The notes under the pieces: generated by a model
Database searches by the model: none
The model's input: only the letters and a program-made list of their open reading frames with translations
What the model was told of the DNA's origin: nothing
Made by a program: the position numbers and the translations under genes
NCBI GenBank assembly: GCA_963748055.1
Contig: CAVVII010000028.1
Coordinates: forward strand, 18,990 to 82,989
Direction: 5' to 3'
DNA: 64,000 nucleotides
Source: an uncultured Verrucomicrobiae bacterium
GTDB taxonomy: Bacteria > Verrucomicrobiota > Verrucomicrobiia > Chthoniobacterales > JAFAMB01
Shown: piece after piece, positions 43,469 through 52,767 of the stretch
Numbering within the stretch: position 1 is the first letter of the stretch
Layout: each line of letters starts with the position of its first letter

Positions 43469-44059
43469 TTTGGTGTCAGTATTGAAGTTTTGCAGCACGC
43501 TAAATGCACCGAGCCAAGGATCGTTCCATGATTCGCAGGAAGGGTTCTTATTCACTCGATTGAGGTAGTGTCCCGTCCTCTCCCTCTCCGCGGTAAGAGG
43601 CTCTGCTGGACGAATTTACCCGCGGCAGCGGGCTCTTACTCACGTCGTATCCCTCGGATTCGATCTTTCGTGGAGAGGATTAATGGGGTGCAGTGTCTCG
43701 GTGGACGGTAAAACGCGCGGGGGGGAAGACGAGGAGTCAAAGCGCGTGCCGTCGGGCGCGGTAATTAGCACCGCCAGACGATCCGAGCCAGGATACGAAA
43801 GTTCCACCTCGGACGAGCTGAGTGTCTGCCGTTCGCCGCTATTGCCGCCAGTCTTCACCAGCATGGTCAGCGCTTCGACTTGGTTCGTCGCGCAGACACA
43901 CGCCCCAGAGACCTGTTGGTAGCCGCAGGAAGGTAAGATGACCGACTTCGCCGGGGATGTCCGGCGCGAAAACGCTATTGAAGTCGGTGAATTTCTTTGG
44001 ATATTAAAATTAGTGGCTTTTGACGCCCCCTTGTAACCCCTCCCCCCAAGGTAACTCTC

Positions 44060-45385
44060 ATGACTACTACCCGTAACGGCCTTGCCGTTCTAGGCCCTGC
44101 GTTAGCGTTCGCTCTTTTAATGAGCAATTACGTCTGCAATTCGAAGGCGCAAATCAAACCGGAAGCGTTCCCACTCGCCGCTTTGGCGGCCGGCCCGGCA
44201 ACCTATGGCGTCGATGACGGCACGCACATCACGCTGTGGTCACGGGCCGCCACACAAGCCCGAGCAGATGCCCTGGTCAAAGCTTACAATGCGACGCACA
44301 AGAACCACATCGACGCCACGTACGTCCCCACCGACGACTACCAGACCAAGGTCGGCGCTGCGGCGGCCGCTGGAGGGCTGCCGGACCTGTTCTCGGCCGA
44401 CGTCGTGTTCATGCCGAACTGGACCTCGGCGGGGCTCTTCACTGACCTGACGGACAAGATCGCAACGCTGCCATTTGCTGCAAACATCGCCCAGGGTGCG
44501 ATCAATGTGTCGACCTGGAAGGGCAAGAAATACGGTCTACCATTCGTCGTCGATCTTTCCGTTTGGATGTACAACAAAAAGCTGTTTAAGGCAGCCGGCC
44601 TCGACCCCAACAAGCCGCCGACTACTTTGGTTGAGTTCGCGGCTGACGCCCGTGCCGTCCAGAAGCTTGGAGGAAATGTCCACGGCACCTTCTTCGGCGG
44701 CGACTGCGGTGGCTGCGAAGTCTTCACCTGGTTCCCGATCGCATGGGCCGATGGCGAAACGGTGATGAACCCTGAAGGGACCGAATCGCACCTCAACAGC
44801 GCAGAAAACAAAGCCATCTATGCGACCTTCCGCACCCTTGTTGAGGATGGCACCGCGCTGATGCCCGATACCAAGACCGAGACCGGACCTACATGGACCG
44901 GTTATTTCCCAAAGGGCAATATCGGCATCATGCCGATGCCAGCCAGTCTTCAGGGCATGGCTAACTCCTCGCTTGCGGATGCAGATATCGGGGTTACCCC
45001 CATTGCCGGCCTTAAGGGTGGGCAAGCCACACTAGTCGGAGGCGACGCCATCGGGATTTCCAGGGATAGCAAGGCGGCCAACGCGGCCTGGAACTTCCTG
45101 GCCTGGATGGTCGGTGACGAGGCGCAGATCGAGGTTGTGGCCAAGGGCGGCAACGTCCTTGCGCGTCCGGACCTCGCCAACAACAAGTACAGCGCGGCTG
45201 ACCCGCGCCTCGTGACCTTCAACACGATCGCGGCAAAGGGTCAGACGCCCTTCGCCAAGGCCTTTGGGGCGACGTTTAACGATCCTCAGGGGCCATGGCT
45301 CGTGCTGCTCCGTGATGCGGTGTTCGGCGACGCGAGCAAAATCGACGCGGACAACGCAGCCGTGAACACCTCTCTCAATCCGTAG
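44060..45385 (+). CDS. Sugar ABC transporter substrate-binding protein (family 1), high-GC block
   Basis: 441 aa with a signal-like N-terminus and blocks typical of CUT1 binding proteins (GLPDLFSADVVFMPNW, WKGKKYGLPF). Confidence 0.8.
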   Translation: MTTTRNGLAVLGPALAFALLMSNYVCNSKAQIKPEAFPLAALAAGPATYGVDDGTHITLWSRAATQARADALVKAYNATHKNHIDATYVPTDDYQTKVGAAAAAGGLPDLFSADVVFMPNWTSAGLFTDLTDKIATLPFAANIAQGAINVSTWKGKKYGLPFVVDLSVWMYNKKLFKAAGLDPNKPPTTLVEFAADARAVQKLGGNVHGTFFGGDCGGCEVFTWFPIAWADGETVMNPEGTESHLNSAENKAIYATFRTLVEDGTALMPDTKTETGPTWTGYFPKGNIGIMPMPASLQGMANSSLADADIGVTPIAGLKGGQATLVGGDAIGISRDSKAANAAWNFLAWMVGDEAQIEVVAKGGNVLARPDLANNKYSAADPRLVTFNTIAAKGQTPFAKAFGATFNDPQGPWLVLLRDAVFGDASKIDADNAAVNTSLNP

Positions 45386-45469
45386 CTGATCCGCGGCGCA
45401 GTGCGGTTCCTTCCTCGCGACCCCTCACCAAGTTGACGACCCTCGAAAGAAAGGGCGCCTTCAGTGGCC

Positions 45470-46411
45470 ATGACTCCGGCGACACCTGAACACCGAACGG
45501 CGCCGGCCGCTCGGTGGCGGCTTAACCGATGGCGATACCGTCAGCTGATGGGCGTCGCCTATGCGGCGCCGACCGTCGTTTTCGTGGCCGTCTTTTTCAT
45601 AACGCCCCTGCTGCTCGTCGCCCGGATGTCCCTGAGCAGCTGGCCCCTTTTGACGGGAAACGGCGGTCTGAATTTCCCCAAGAACTACCTCTCCATCTGT
45701 AAGAACGCTCTGTTCGGGCCGGCGGTCGTCTTCACAATCAAATATACGCTCATCGTCACGGTCCTGCTTATCGGACTGGGCCTCGGTCTGGCCCTTCTGG
45801 TCCAGGAGCGCGGGCGATGGGTGGACATGCTGCGCACCGTAATCCTGCTGCCCGTTTCACTTGGTCTGGCTGCGGCATCGCTGCTGTTCTGGGGTTTCTA
45901 TTCGCCCTCAATTGGGCCGATCAGTCCAATTCTCGAACAGCTGGGACTGATCCACGACCCAATCTCATTTCTTGGAACGTCCCTGAGCGCGCTGCTGTCC
46001 ACGAGCTTCTTGATCGTCTGGAAATACACTGGCCTGTACATGCTTATCCTCCTTGTCGGGCTGCAGGCCATTCCGGATGATCTCTTTGAGGCGGCCGCCC
46101 TTGACGGCGCCAGCCGTATTCAAGTCTTCCGACACATAACGTTGCCGCTGCTCCGGCCGTCGCTTGCGCTGGCCCTCATCCTTTGCGTGACCGGTTCTCT
46201 CCTCGCGTTTGACCAGTTCTACATCTTGACCAAGGGCGCGCCGGACAACAGCACAGTCACGGTCGTCCAACTGATCTACCGCGAGGCGTTCCAAAAACAG
46301 AACCTGGGCACTTCCGCGGCCATCTCGATCATGGTCCTGGTGGCGCTCCTTGTGCTTAACGCGGTCCAGTTCCGCTACCTCCGCAGCTCAGAACCGGGTC
46401 GGAAGCGATGA
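45470..46411 (+). CDS. Carbohydrate ABC transporter permease (MalF-like)
   Basis: The ATG is at 45470 (the track has GTG at 45464). The EAA loop is FEAAALDGASRIQVFRHITLP. Confidence 0.85.
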   Translation: MTPATPEHRTAPAARWRLNRWRYRQLMGVAYAAPTVVFVAVFFITPLLLVARMSLSSWPLLTGNGGLNFPKNYLSICKNALFGPAVVFTIKYTLIVTVLLIGLGLGLALLVQERGRWVDMLRTVILLPVSLGLAAASLLFWGFYSPSIGPISPILEQLGLIHDPISFLGTSLSALLSTSFLIVWKYTGLYMLILLVGLQAIPDDLFEAAALDGASRIQVFRHITLPLLRPSLALALILCVTGSLLAFDQFYILTKGAPDNSTVTVVQLIYREAFQKQNLGTSAAISIMVLVALLVLNAVQFRYLRSSEPGRKR

Positions 46412-47241
46412 CCACGACGCGCACGGGAACGCTAGGCCGCCGCACCCCGTACTATGTATTGACGGGGGGGTTGGCGATCATCTTCCTGTTCCCCCTGCTG
46501 TGGAGTCTGGCGGCCTCCGTAAGCCCGCAGGCCTCCACCGGACAGGTGAACGGCTTCGGTCTGGGGAACTACACGACGCTCTTCAACTACGGTGCAGGGC
46601 TGGTCCAGTTTCTGCTAAACAGCGCGTACGTAGCGCTCCTCACGGTCGCGATCACCCTGGCGGTGTCGACCCTTGGCGGGTACGCTTTCGCCAGGTTCAG
46701 GTTTCCGGGTCGAGACGCGTTGTTCCTGTTGACGCTGTCGATCTTGATGGTCCCGTACGCGACGCTGCTCATCCCGCTATATGTGCTCCTCAATGGCCTT
46801 GGGCTGCAGAATTCCCTGATTGGCCTCAGCTTGGTGCTGGCGATGTTCCAGCTCCCGTTTGCCACGTACATGATGCGTATCTCGTTCGAAGCGGTGCCGC
46901 GCGAGCTGGAGGAATCCGCACTGGTGGACGGCTGCGGCACGTTCAGCGTCCTGTGGCGAATCCTCCTTCCCTCGGTGCGCCCCGGGCTCATCACAGTGGG
47001 TCTGTTCGCCTTCCTGGCGGCATGGAGCGACTTCTTCGCTCCCCTCATCCTGCTAACCGACAGCGCAAAGCAGACCCTGCCGCTCGCGGTGGCCAACCTG
47101 CGGCAGCAAACGATGGGCGCCATCGACTACGGTGCCACGGAGGCTGGCGTCGTGGTGATGGCCGTTCCTTGCCTGATCCTGTTCCTGCTCCTGCAACGTT
47201 ACTACGTGCGGGGTTTCATGTCCGGAGCCGTCAAGGGTTAA
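46408..47241 (+). CDS. Carbohydrate ABC transporter permease (MalG-like)
   Basis: 277 aa. The start overlaps the upstream stop (ATGA). The EAA loop is EESALVDGCGTFSVLWRILLP. Confidence 0.85.
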   Translation: MTTTRTGTLGRRTPYYVLTGGLAIIFLFPLLWSLAASVSPQASTGQVNGFGLGNYTTLFNYGAGLVQFLLNSAYVALLTVAITLAVSTLGGYAFARFRFPGRDALFLLTLSILMVPYATLLIPLYVLLNGLGLQNSLIGLSLVLAMFQLPFATYMMRISFEAVPRELEESALVDGCGTFSVLWRILLPSVRPGLITVGLFAFLAAWSDFFAPLILLTDSAKQTLPLAVANLRQQTMGAIDYGATEAGVVVMAVPCLILFLLLQRYYVRGFMSGAVKG

Positions 47242-47462
47242 CCCCGCGCCGGGGCTGAGGCGTGCGAAAATCCGAGATTTCGGTCCTCGCTCGCATCATC
47301 GGGACAAGATTCATTATGCCCCTCTCTACCGGCGAGATTCTCGTGACGCAACCACTGCAAGGAAGCATTCTACTGGTTCGGCCTCAGGCCGAAGGATTGG
47401 TGTAGAGGACATCTTGATTTCCGTTCCAGCCGTGCAATGGATGAGGAGACAAGGAAAAGGAC

Positions 47463-48314
47463 ATGATCACACCAGCAAGGACATTCAAAATTGGCGGCGA
47501 TCTGGAAGTAAATCGCCTTGGATTTGGAGCAATGCGACTGACGGGCAAAGGCATTTGGGGCGAACCGAAGGATGTCGACGAAGCAAAGCGAGTTCTGAAG
47601 CGTGCAGTCGAACTGGGAGTGAATTTCATCGACACTGCCGATAGTTACGGACCCGCAGTCAGTGAGCGGTTGATCGGCGAGGCACTTTCTCCCTTCCCAA
47701 AAGGCCTCGTGGTCGCGACCAAGGCAGGGTTGACCCGACAAGGACCCGACCAGTGGCTGCCTGTTGGCCGACCGGAGTACCTGGCGCAGCAGGTCGAAAT
47801 GAGTCTGCGTTTTCTGAAGACGGAAGTGATCGACCTCTGGCAATTGCACCGCATCGATCCTCAGGTGCCCGTAGAAGAGTCGTTGGGAGTGATTGGCAGA
47901 CTGCGTCAGCAGGGCAAAATCCGCCATGTTGGTCTCAGTGAGGTGAAACCCGCTGAGATCGAGCAGGCTCGCAAGGTCATAGACATCGTCAGTGTGCAGA
48001 ACCTCTACAACGTAGGCGACCGGCAGCATGAGGACGTGCTGGAGTATTGCGAGAAACATGAGCTCGCTTTCATACCCTGGTTCCCGGTGGCAGCCGGCAA
48101 ACTGGCCCAGTCCGGCGGAAAGCTGGACACGATTGCAAAACGCCACGGCGCCACCGTGGCACAGCTTTCGATCGCATGGCTGTTGCACCGCAGCCCTGTC
48201 ATGCTGCCAATAGCGGGGACCTCGTCGGTTGCTCATCTCGAGGAGAACCTCAAGGCTGCGGCGATCTCCATGTCGGATGCTGAACTAAAAGAGATCGAAA
48301 GCGCCGCTGCATAA
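47463..48314 (+). CDS. Aldo/keto reductase (paralogue of 19805-20686)
   Basis: 283 aa with GFGAMRLTG, VNFIDTADSYG, IDLWQLH and IAGTSSVAHLEEN. Confidence 0.88.
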   Translation: MITPARTFKIGGDLEVNRLGFGAMRLTGKGIWGEPKDVDEAKRVLKRAVELGVNFIDTADSYGPAVSERLIGEALSPFPKGLVVATKAGLTRQGPDQWLPVGRPEYLAQQVEMSLRFLKTEVIDLWQLHRIDPQVPVEESLGVIGRLRQQGKIRHVGLSEVKPAEIEQARKVIDIVSVQNLYNVGDRQHEDVLEYCEKHELAFIPWFPVAAGKLAQSGGKLDTIAKRHGATVAQLSIAWLLHRSPVMLPIAGTSSVAHLEENLKAAAISMSDAELKEIESAAA

Positions 48315-48385
48315 GCGTCTTGCCGATCGCGATACGATCTCGCTGGAGGTGAGCTGGCCGGGCCTCTTTGACAGATGTCTCAGCT

Positions 48386-48643
48386 TCACGGGCCCTTATT
48401 CTCTACAAACGGAAGTTGCCCTGCCCGATCAACACGGAGCAGGTAATAAAACTCTCCGAGGATAACCGCTTGGACGAGGGTGAATTTCTGTTCGGCCCGC
48501 CTCTGAAGATAATGGGCGGCATCCTCACGATTCAGACGATGGAAAAGTTCCCAGGCGGTATCCGCAAACCAGAGAAATGGCTGGCCATCGGCTTTGACCA
48601 GGAAACGGCCATTATCACTGACTCTGGTTGGACAGATGCTCAT
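48386..48643 (-). pseudogene. 5' fragment of the DUF4038/GH140-like gene, truncated at the repeat junction
   Basis: It mirrors 3801-3995 (65 codons from the ATG at 48643). After ...AVILGEF the sequence becomes unrelated (YYLLRVDRAGQLPFVENKGP) and stops at 48386. Confidence 0.85.
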
Positions 48644-51600
48644 TGAAGTTACCTGAGTCTCCACGTTTAACGTAACGTTCGAAAAAAGGCAAAAGATCGG
48701 AAGCTCCCAAAGTCGCTTTAGAGCGCGTACTCGGCCGTCTGGAGAGAGCGATCGTTTGCTTGCTACGGTTGCGTGGCTAGACTCGCTGCATGAACAGCCT
48801 GGGCGAAGAACGATGATAGCGGAAATACATGCGATATCGATTCGCACGTTATGCCTGTTCACCGGGCTGTTGATTAACTGTTCCGTCCCAACTCACGGAT
48901 CACCGGCAGAATTCGGCGAAACACGTGTAGAAAAGATTTTGCTCGGAATGACCCTGGAAGAGAAGCTCGATTACATCGGCGGGGTCAACGCGATGTCAAT
49001 TCGACCGATTCCCAGGCTCGGCGTGCCGGAGATTCGCATGTCGGACGGGCCGATCGGAGTCCGGCGGGATACGCCGAGCACTCGTTACCCAGGCGGGATC
49101 GCGCTGGCAGCGAGCTGGAATCGGGCTCTTGCTGCCAGGGAGGGTGAATCGATGGGCCGGGACTGTCGTGCACGTGGCATTCATGTCTTGCTAGCTCCCG
49201 GCGTAAATATCAACCGCATCCCGATCTGCGGGAGGAATTTTGAATATATCGCAGGGGAAGATCCATATTTAGCAGCGCAGCTGGTCGTTCCCTTTATTCA
49301 GGGAGTCCAAAGTCAGGGAGTGGTCGCGACGGCGAAACATTTCGCCGCTAACAACCAGGAGATTAATCGCCAGATTATCAACGTCATTGTCAGCGAGCGG
49401 GCCTTGCGGGAGATCTATCTGCCCGCATTCGATGCGGCAGTTCGAATAGCGAAGGTCGGCGCCGTGATGGATGCGTATAACAAAGTGAATGGTCAGTACT
49501 GTACGGAGAACGAGTTTCTGAATGATCTGGTGCTGAAAGCGGAATGGGGATTCGACGGCGTTCTGATGTCGGATTGGGGTGCCACTCACAACACGTTGGG
49601 GCCGGTTCGTAACGGTTTAGACCTGGAAATGCCGACCGGCGAGTGGATGAACCCGCAAAAATTGCTCCGAGCTTTGCGATTCGCCGAGATCACAGAAGAA
49701 CAGATCAACGACAAAGTGCGTCGAATTTTGCGAATGATCGTCAGAATGGGATTTCTCGATCGTCCGCAGAAGGATCCATCGATTCCGGAAAATGATCCGG
49801 AAAGCGGCCAAACGGCGTTGGCGGTCGCTGAGGAGGGTATCGTGCTGCTGAAGAACGAGAAAAAGACTTTGCCTTTTGATCAGACCAGGATCAAGAAAAT
49901 CGCCGTGCTCGGACCTAACGCGCAACCTGGCGTGCCTACCGGCTGGGGAAGTTCCTATGTCACGCCGTTTTACGCAGTGAGTGTGCTTGATGGCTTGACC
50001 AACAACAAGAGGCCGGATACGGCCGTAGATTATTTCGATGTCGGCGTCGGCAATTTCGGGACTTCGCAGTATGAACACGAAGATCAGACCGGAAAATTAT
50101 CTGACGGGTTGCGAGCAGAATATTTTTCCAACCTGACGCTATCAGGCGCCGCGATCCTCGATCGGGTTGATCAACGAATTAACTTCGATTGGGGTTCCGC
50201 GAACCCTCCGCTCGGTAGTTTACCGACGCAATTCACCGCCCGCTGGACTGGAGTGATACGGGCGAACGACTCTTCCCCACACGTTTTTCGCGCGCGAGCG
50301 GACGCTGGAATTCGAGTTTTTCTCGACGACGAATTGATCATTGATGATTGGGCCGATCACGCGGCGCGGCCTGTCGTCGCCACAAAGTCCCTGGAGGCGA
50401 GCCGAATCTATCGGTTGCGAGTGGAATATAAGAATAGCGGTGGGGGAGGTGCCGTTGCACAGTTCGGTTGGGCGTCACTCAGAGTTCCCGACGCCATTCG
50501 AGAATACGATGCTGCGATTGTCTGTGTTGGATTCGACAACGGGACCGAAGGTGAGGGTTTTGATCGCACCTTCCAACTCCCGGACGGACAGGATGATCTT
50601 GTCAATGGCGTCGCGGAGAAAAATCCGAATACCATCGTTATCCTGAATTCGGGCGGGAACATCGATATGCACCGGTGGCTGAACAAGGTGCCCGCTCTCC
50701 TGCACGCCTGGTATCCGGGTCAGGAGGGAGGGAATGCGATCGCTAAAATCCTCTTTGGCGACGTAAACCCGTCCGCCAAGCTTCCGGTGACTTTTGAAGC
50801 CAGAGAAACCGACAATCCGGCGTTCAAGTCTTATCCGTCCGACATTGACGGCGAGAATGTCCGGTACGAGGAAGGGATTTTTGTCGGCTACCGGGGATAT
50901 GATCATTTCGAGATCGACCCGTTGTTTCCGTTCGGGTTTGGGCTCTCGTACACCCAATTTGAGTACTCCAATCTTAAAATTGACCAGAGTGGGTCTGCCG
51001 ATCGCGACGAAGTCAACGTCTCATTCCAGGTCCGAAATATCGGGGATCGAGCGGGAGCGGAAGTCGCGCAACTCTATGTCGAGGCGAAGCAGTCGACAGT
51101 TGCGAGGCCCCCCAGAGAGCTGAAGGGATTTGAGAAGGTATTTCTATCGCCTGGCGAGTCCAAAGAGATAACCGTCAGGCTCAATCGACTATCCTTTGCC
51201 TGCTTCGACTCTGCATCCGGTCACTGGAGGACCGATCCGGGAGAATACGGGATCGCCGTCGGAGCGTCCTCCAGGGATCTGCGAATCAAGCAAGTTCTGA
51301 AACTTTCGCCTTAGTGTCCTGTCGAAATAGCAGGTATAGTGTTGCGGACAAAATGGGCCGCCGGCAAGGCGCGAGGTGGGAGCTTCCAGCACCAGTTTGA
51401 CGTTTGTAGTAGCGAACTGGTTCGCTCGGTGAGCCGTCAAACCGGGGTGGGACGGGCTAAGGCTTTGCTTCTTCTGCAGGACTGCGTTTTGGTTGGCTAT
51501 GCTCCTGAGCGAACGAGAGACTTTGAAACGGGTGTTAGAGTCGGTGCCATCACCGGCTTTCGAAAGTGTACCGATTTGGGAATGTCGAGACAGGGTTCTT

Positions 51601-52444
51601 GCGCAGGACGTTGTTGCTACTGTGGCCCTGCCTCGGTTCGACAACTCCACCATGGACGGCTATGCGGTTCGGGCTGAGGAAGCGGTTCGAGGCGCACGGC
51701 TCGATAGTCGCCGGAGAGCAAGCTGCCGGCCCGGATCTTGGGTTGGACGTCGCGTCGGGCCGGGCGATTCGCATCTATACTGGCGCACCCATACCTCGAC
51801 GTGCCAATGCTGTGCTCATGCAGGAGGACGCGGATATCCGGGATGGAGCTATCCTGGTGCGTGAGAGCGTAACCGTCGGGGAGAACATCCGGGTACGAGG
51901 TGGCGACCTTTGCGAAGGCCAAAAGATAGTGTGCGTAGGGAGTGTTCTCCGGGGGCCGCAACTAGCCGCGATCGCCTCGCAGGGCATGGACGAATTGCTG
52001 GTCTTTCGGCGTCCGCGTGTTGCCATTCTCGCGACCGGGAGCGAACTGCGGTCGCAAGGCGATCCAATCGGTGCGGGAGAAATATACGAAACAAATCGGA
52101 TCATGCTCGCGGATCTTGTGGCCGGCTCCGGATCTGACATTCGGATTTTCGATATTGTGCCGGATACGGAGGAAGCTCACTTAAAGAGCTTCGAACAGGC
52201 GCGAACCTGCGACGTGATGGTGGTTGCCGGTGGCGTCTCAGTTGGCGAAAAGGATTTGGTCAAACCTGTCTTGCAAAAGCTCGGTGCCGAGTTGGATCTC
52301 TGGAGGGTTGCGGTGAAGCCCGGCAAGCCCTTCATGTTTGGGCGGTTGGGAAGCACGCTCGTTTTCGGGTTGCCTGGAAATCCGGTTTCCGCATTTGTGA
52401 CCTTTTTGCTTTTTGCTCGGCCCGCCCTCTGGAAGCTCGGCGGC
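48449..52444. repeat. Right arm of the inverted repeat (reverse complement of 1-3995)
   Basis: See the left arm. It differs from the left arm by scattered substitutions (6 amino-acid changes inside GH3, 2 in the GH140 fragment, at least 2 in moeA) and one extra base at 51702. Confidence 0.93.
48813..51314 (+). CDS. GH3 beta-glucosidase with PA14 insertion (second, intact copy)
   Basis: 852-aa track ORF 48756-51314. It is identical to 1130-3688 except S/F, D/N, Y/H, T/I, E/Q and L/P replacements, plus A/T in the probable non-coding extension. Confidence 0.9.
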   Translation: MIAEIHAISIRTLCLFTGLLINCSVPTHGSPAEFGETRVEKILLGMTLEEKLDYIGGVNAMSIRPIPRLGVPEIRMSDGPIGVRRDTPSTRYPGGIALAASWNRALAAREGESMGRDCRARGIHVLLAPGVNINRIPICGRNFEYIAGEDPYLAAQLVVPFIQGVQSQGVVATAKHFAANNQEINRQIINVIVSERALREIYLPAFDAAVRIAKVGAVMDAYNKVNGQYCTENEFLNDLVLKAEWGFDGVLMSDWGATHNTLGPVRNGLDLEMPTGEWMNPQKLLRALRFAEITEEQINDKVRRILRMIVRMGFLDRPQKDPSIPENDPESGQTALAVAEEGIVLLKNEKKTLPFDQTRIKKIAVLGPNAQPGVPTGWGSSYVTPFYAVSVLDGLTNNKRPDTAVDYFDVGVGNFGTSQYEHEDQTGKLSDGLRAEYFSNLTLSGAAILDRVDQRINFDWGSANPPLGSLPTQFTARWTGVIRANDSSPHVFRARADAGIRVFLDDELIIDDWADHAARPVVATKSLEASRIYRLRVEYKNSGGGGAVAQFGWASLRVPDAIREYDAAIVCVGFDNGTEGEGFDRTFQLPDGQDDLVNGVAEKNPNTIVILNSGGNIDMHRWLNKVPALLHAWYPGQEGGNAIAKILFGDVNPSAKLPVTFEARETDNPAFKSYPSDIDGENVRYEEGIFVGYRGYDHFEIDPLFPFGFGLSYTQFEYSNLKIDQSGSADRDEVNVSFQVRNIGDRAGAEVAQLYVEAKQSTVARPPRELKGFEKVFLSPGESKEITVRLNRLSFACFDSASGHWRTDPGEYGIAVGASSRDLRIKQVLKLSP

Positions 52445-52678
52445 CGTTCCTCGCTGGATCTGCCCCAAGCGCGTGCACGCCTGGCGGAGGACCTTGTGAA
52501 CCGCGGCGAGCGGCCTCACTATTTGAGAGGTATTTATAAGGAGGGGATCTTCAAGCCTGTCGGCAGACAAGAATCACACGCGTTGTTTGCCTTGTCTCAG
52601 GCAAATGCCCTTTGCCGGCTGGAACCGGATCAGATCATTGCCGCAGGCTCGATTGTTGGAGTGATTCCACTTTTCTAA
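51499..52678 (+). pseudogene. moeA: MoeA molybdopterin molybdenumtransferase, frameshifted by a 1-bp insertion
   Basis: The N-terminus is in ORF 51493-51864 (…PRFDNSTMDGYAVRAEEAVRGARL) and the rest is in ORF 51566-52678 (IVAGEQAAGPDLG…TGAPIP…GGVSVGEKD…PGNPVSAFV). The extra c at 51702 (ggctCgatag vs ggctgatag in the left copy) causes the shift. Confidence 0.8.
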
Positions 52679-52767
52679 CTCTAGGACGCCCCTATGGCTT
52701 GCCGAAAAGCCGCCGCGCTAAAACGTATTTGCTAAGAGCACGGGGCGGAATGATATTTTACTAGAAA

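Noticed and set aside
43640-43900. Minus-strand fragment ...SEVELSYPGSDRLAVLITAPDGTRF... resembling a proprotein-convertase P-domain
   Set aside because: The similarity is short, it has no domain context and no start. It is too weak to call and is probably one more remnant.
46350-47258. 302-aa Arg/Pro/Gly-rich ORF
   Set aside because: It is an alternative frame of the MalG-like permease gene 46408-47241. The permease frame has the EAA loop and transmembrane pattern.
47370-48236. 288-aa ORF on the minus strand
   Set aside because: It lies entirely antisense to the well-supported aldo/keto reductase at 47463-48314 and has no motif. It is a shadow ORF typical of GC-rich coding DNA.
51315-51498. 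Possible Moco riboswitch in the 180-nt GC-rich leader upstream of moeA (mirrored at 946-1129)
   Set aside because: The leader contains ggcaaggc and ctcggtgagcc strings that are vaguely reminiscent of the motif. I cannot reproduce the Moco consensus from memory well enough to support a call. Infernal with RF01055 would decide.
52679-52767. Possible NAD+ (nadA-motif) riboswitch upstream of nadA
   Set aside because: The leader is only 89 nt. It can form a cgcccc/ggggcg-closed structure, but I could not recognise the tandem-domain nadA-motif consensus. A cmscan against Rfam would be needed.
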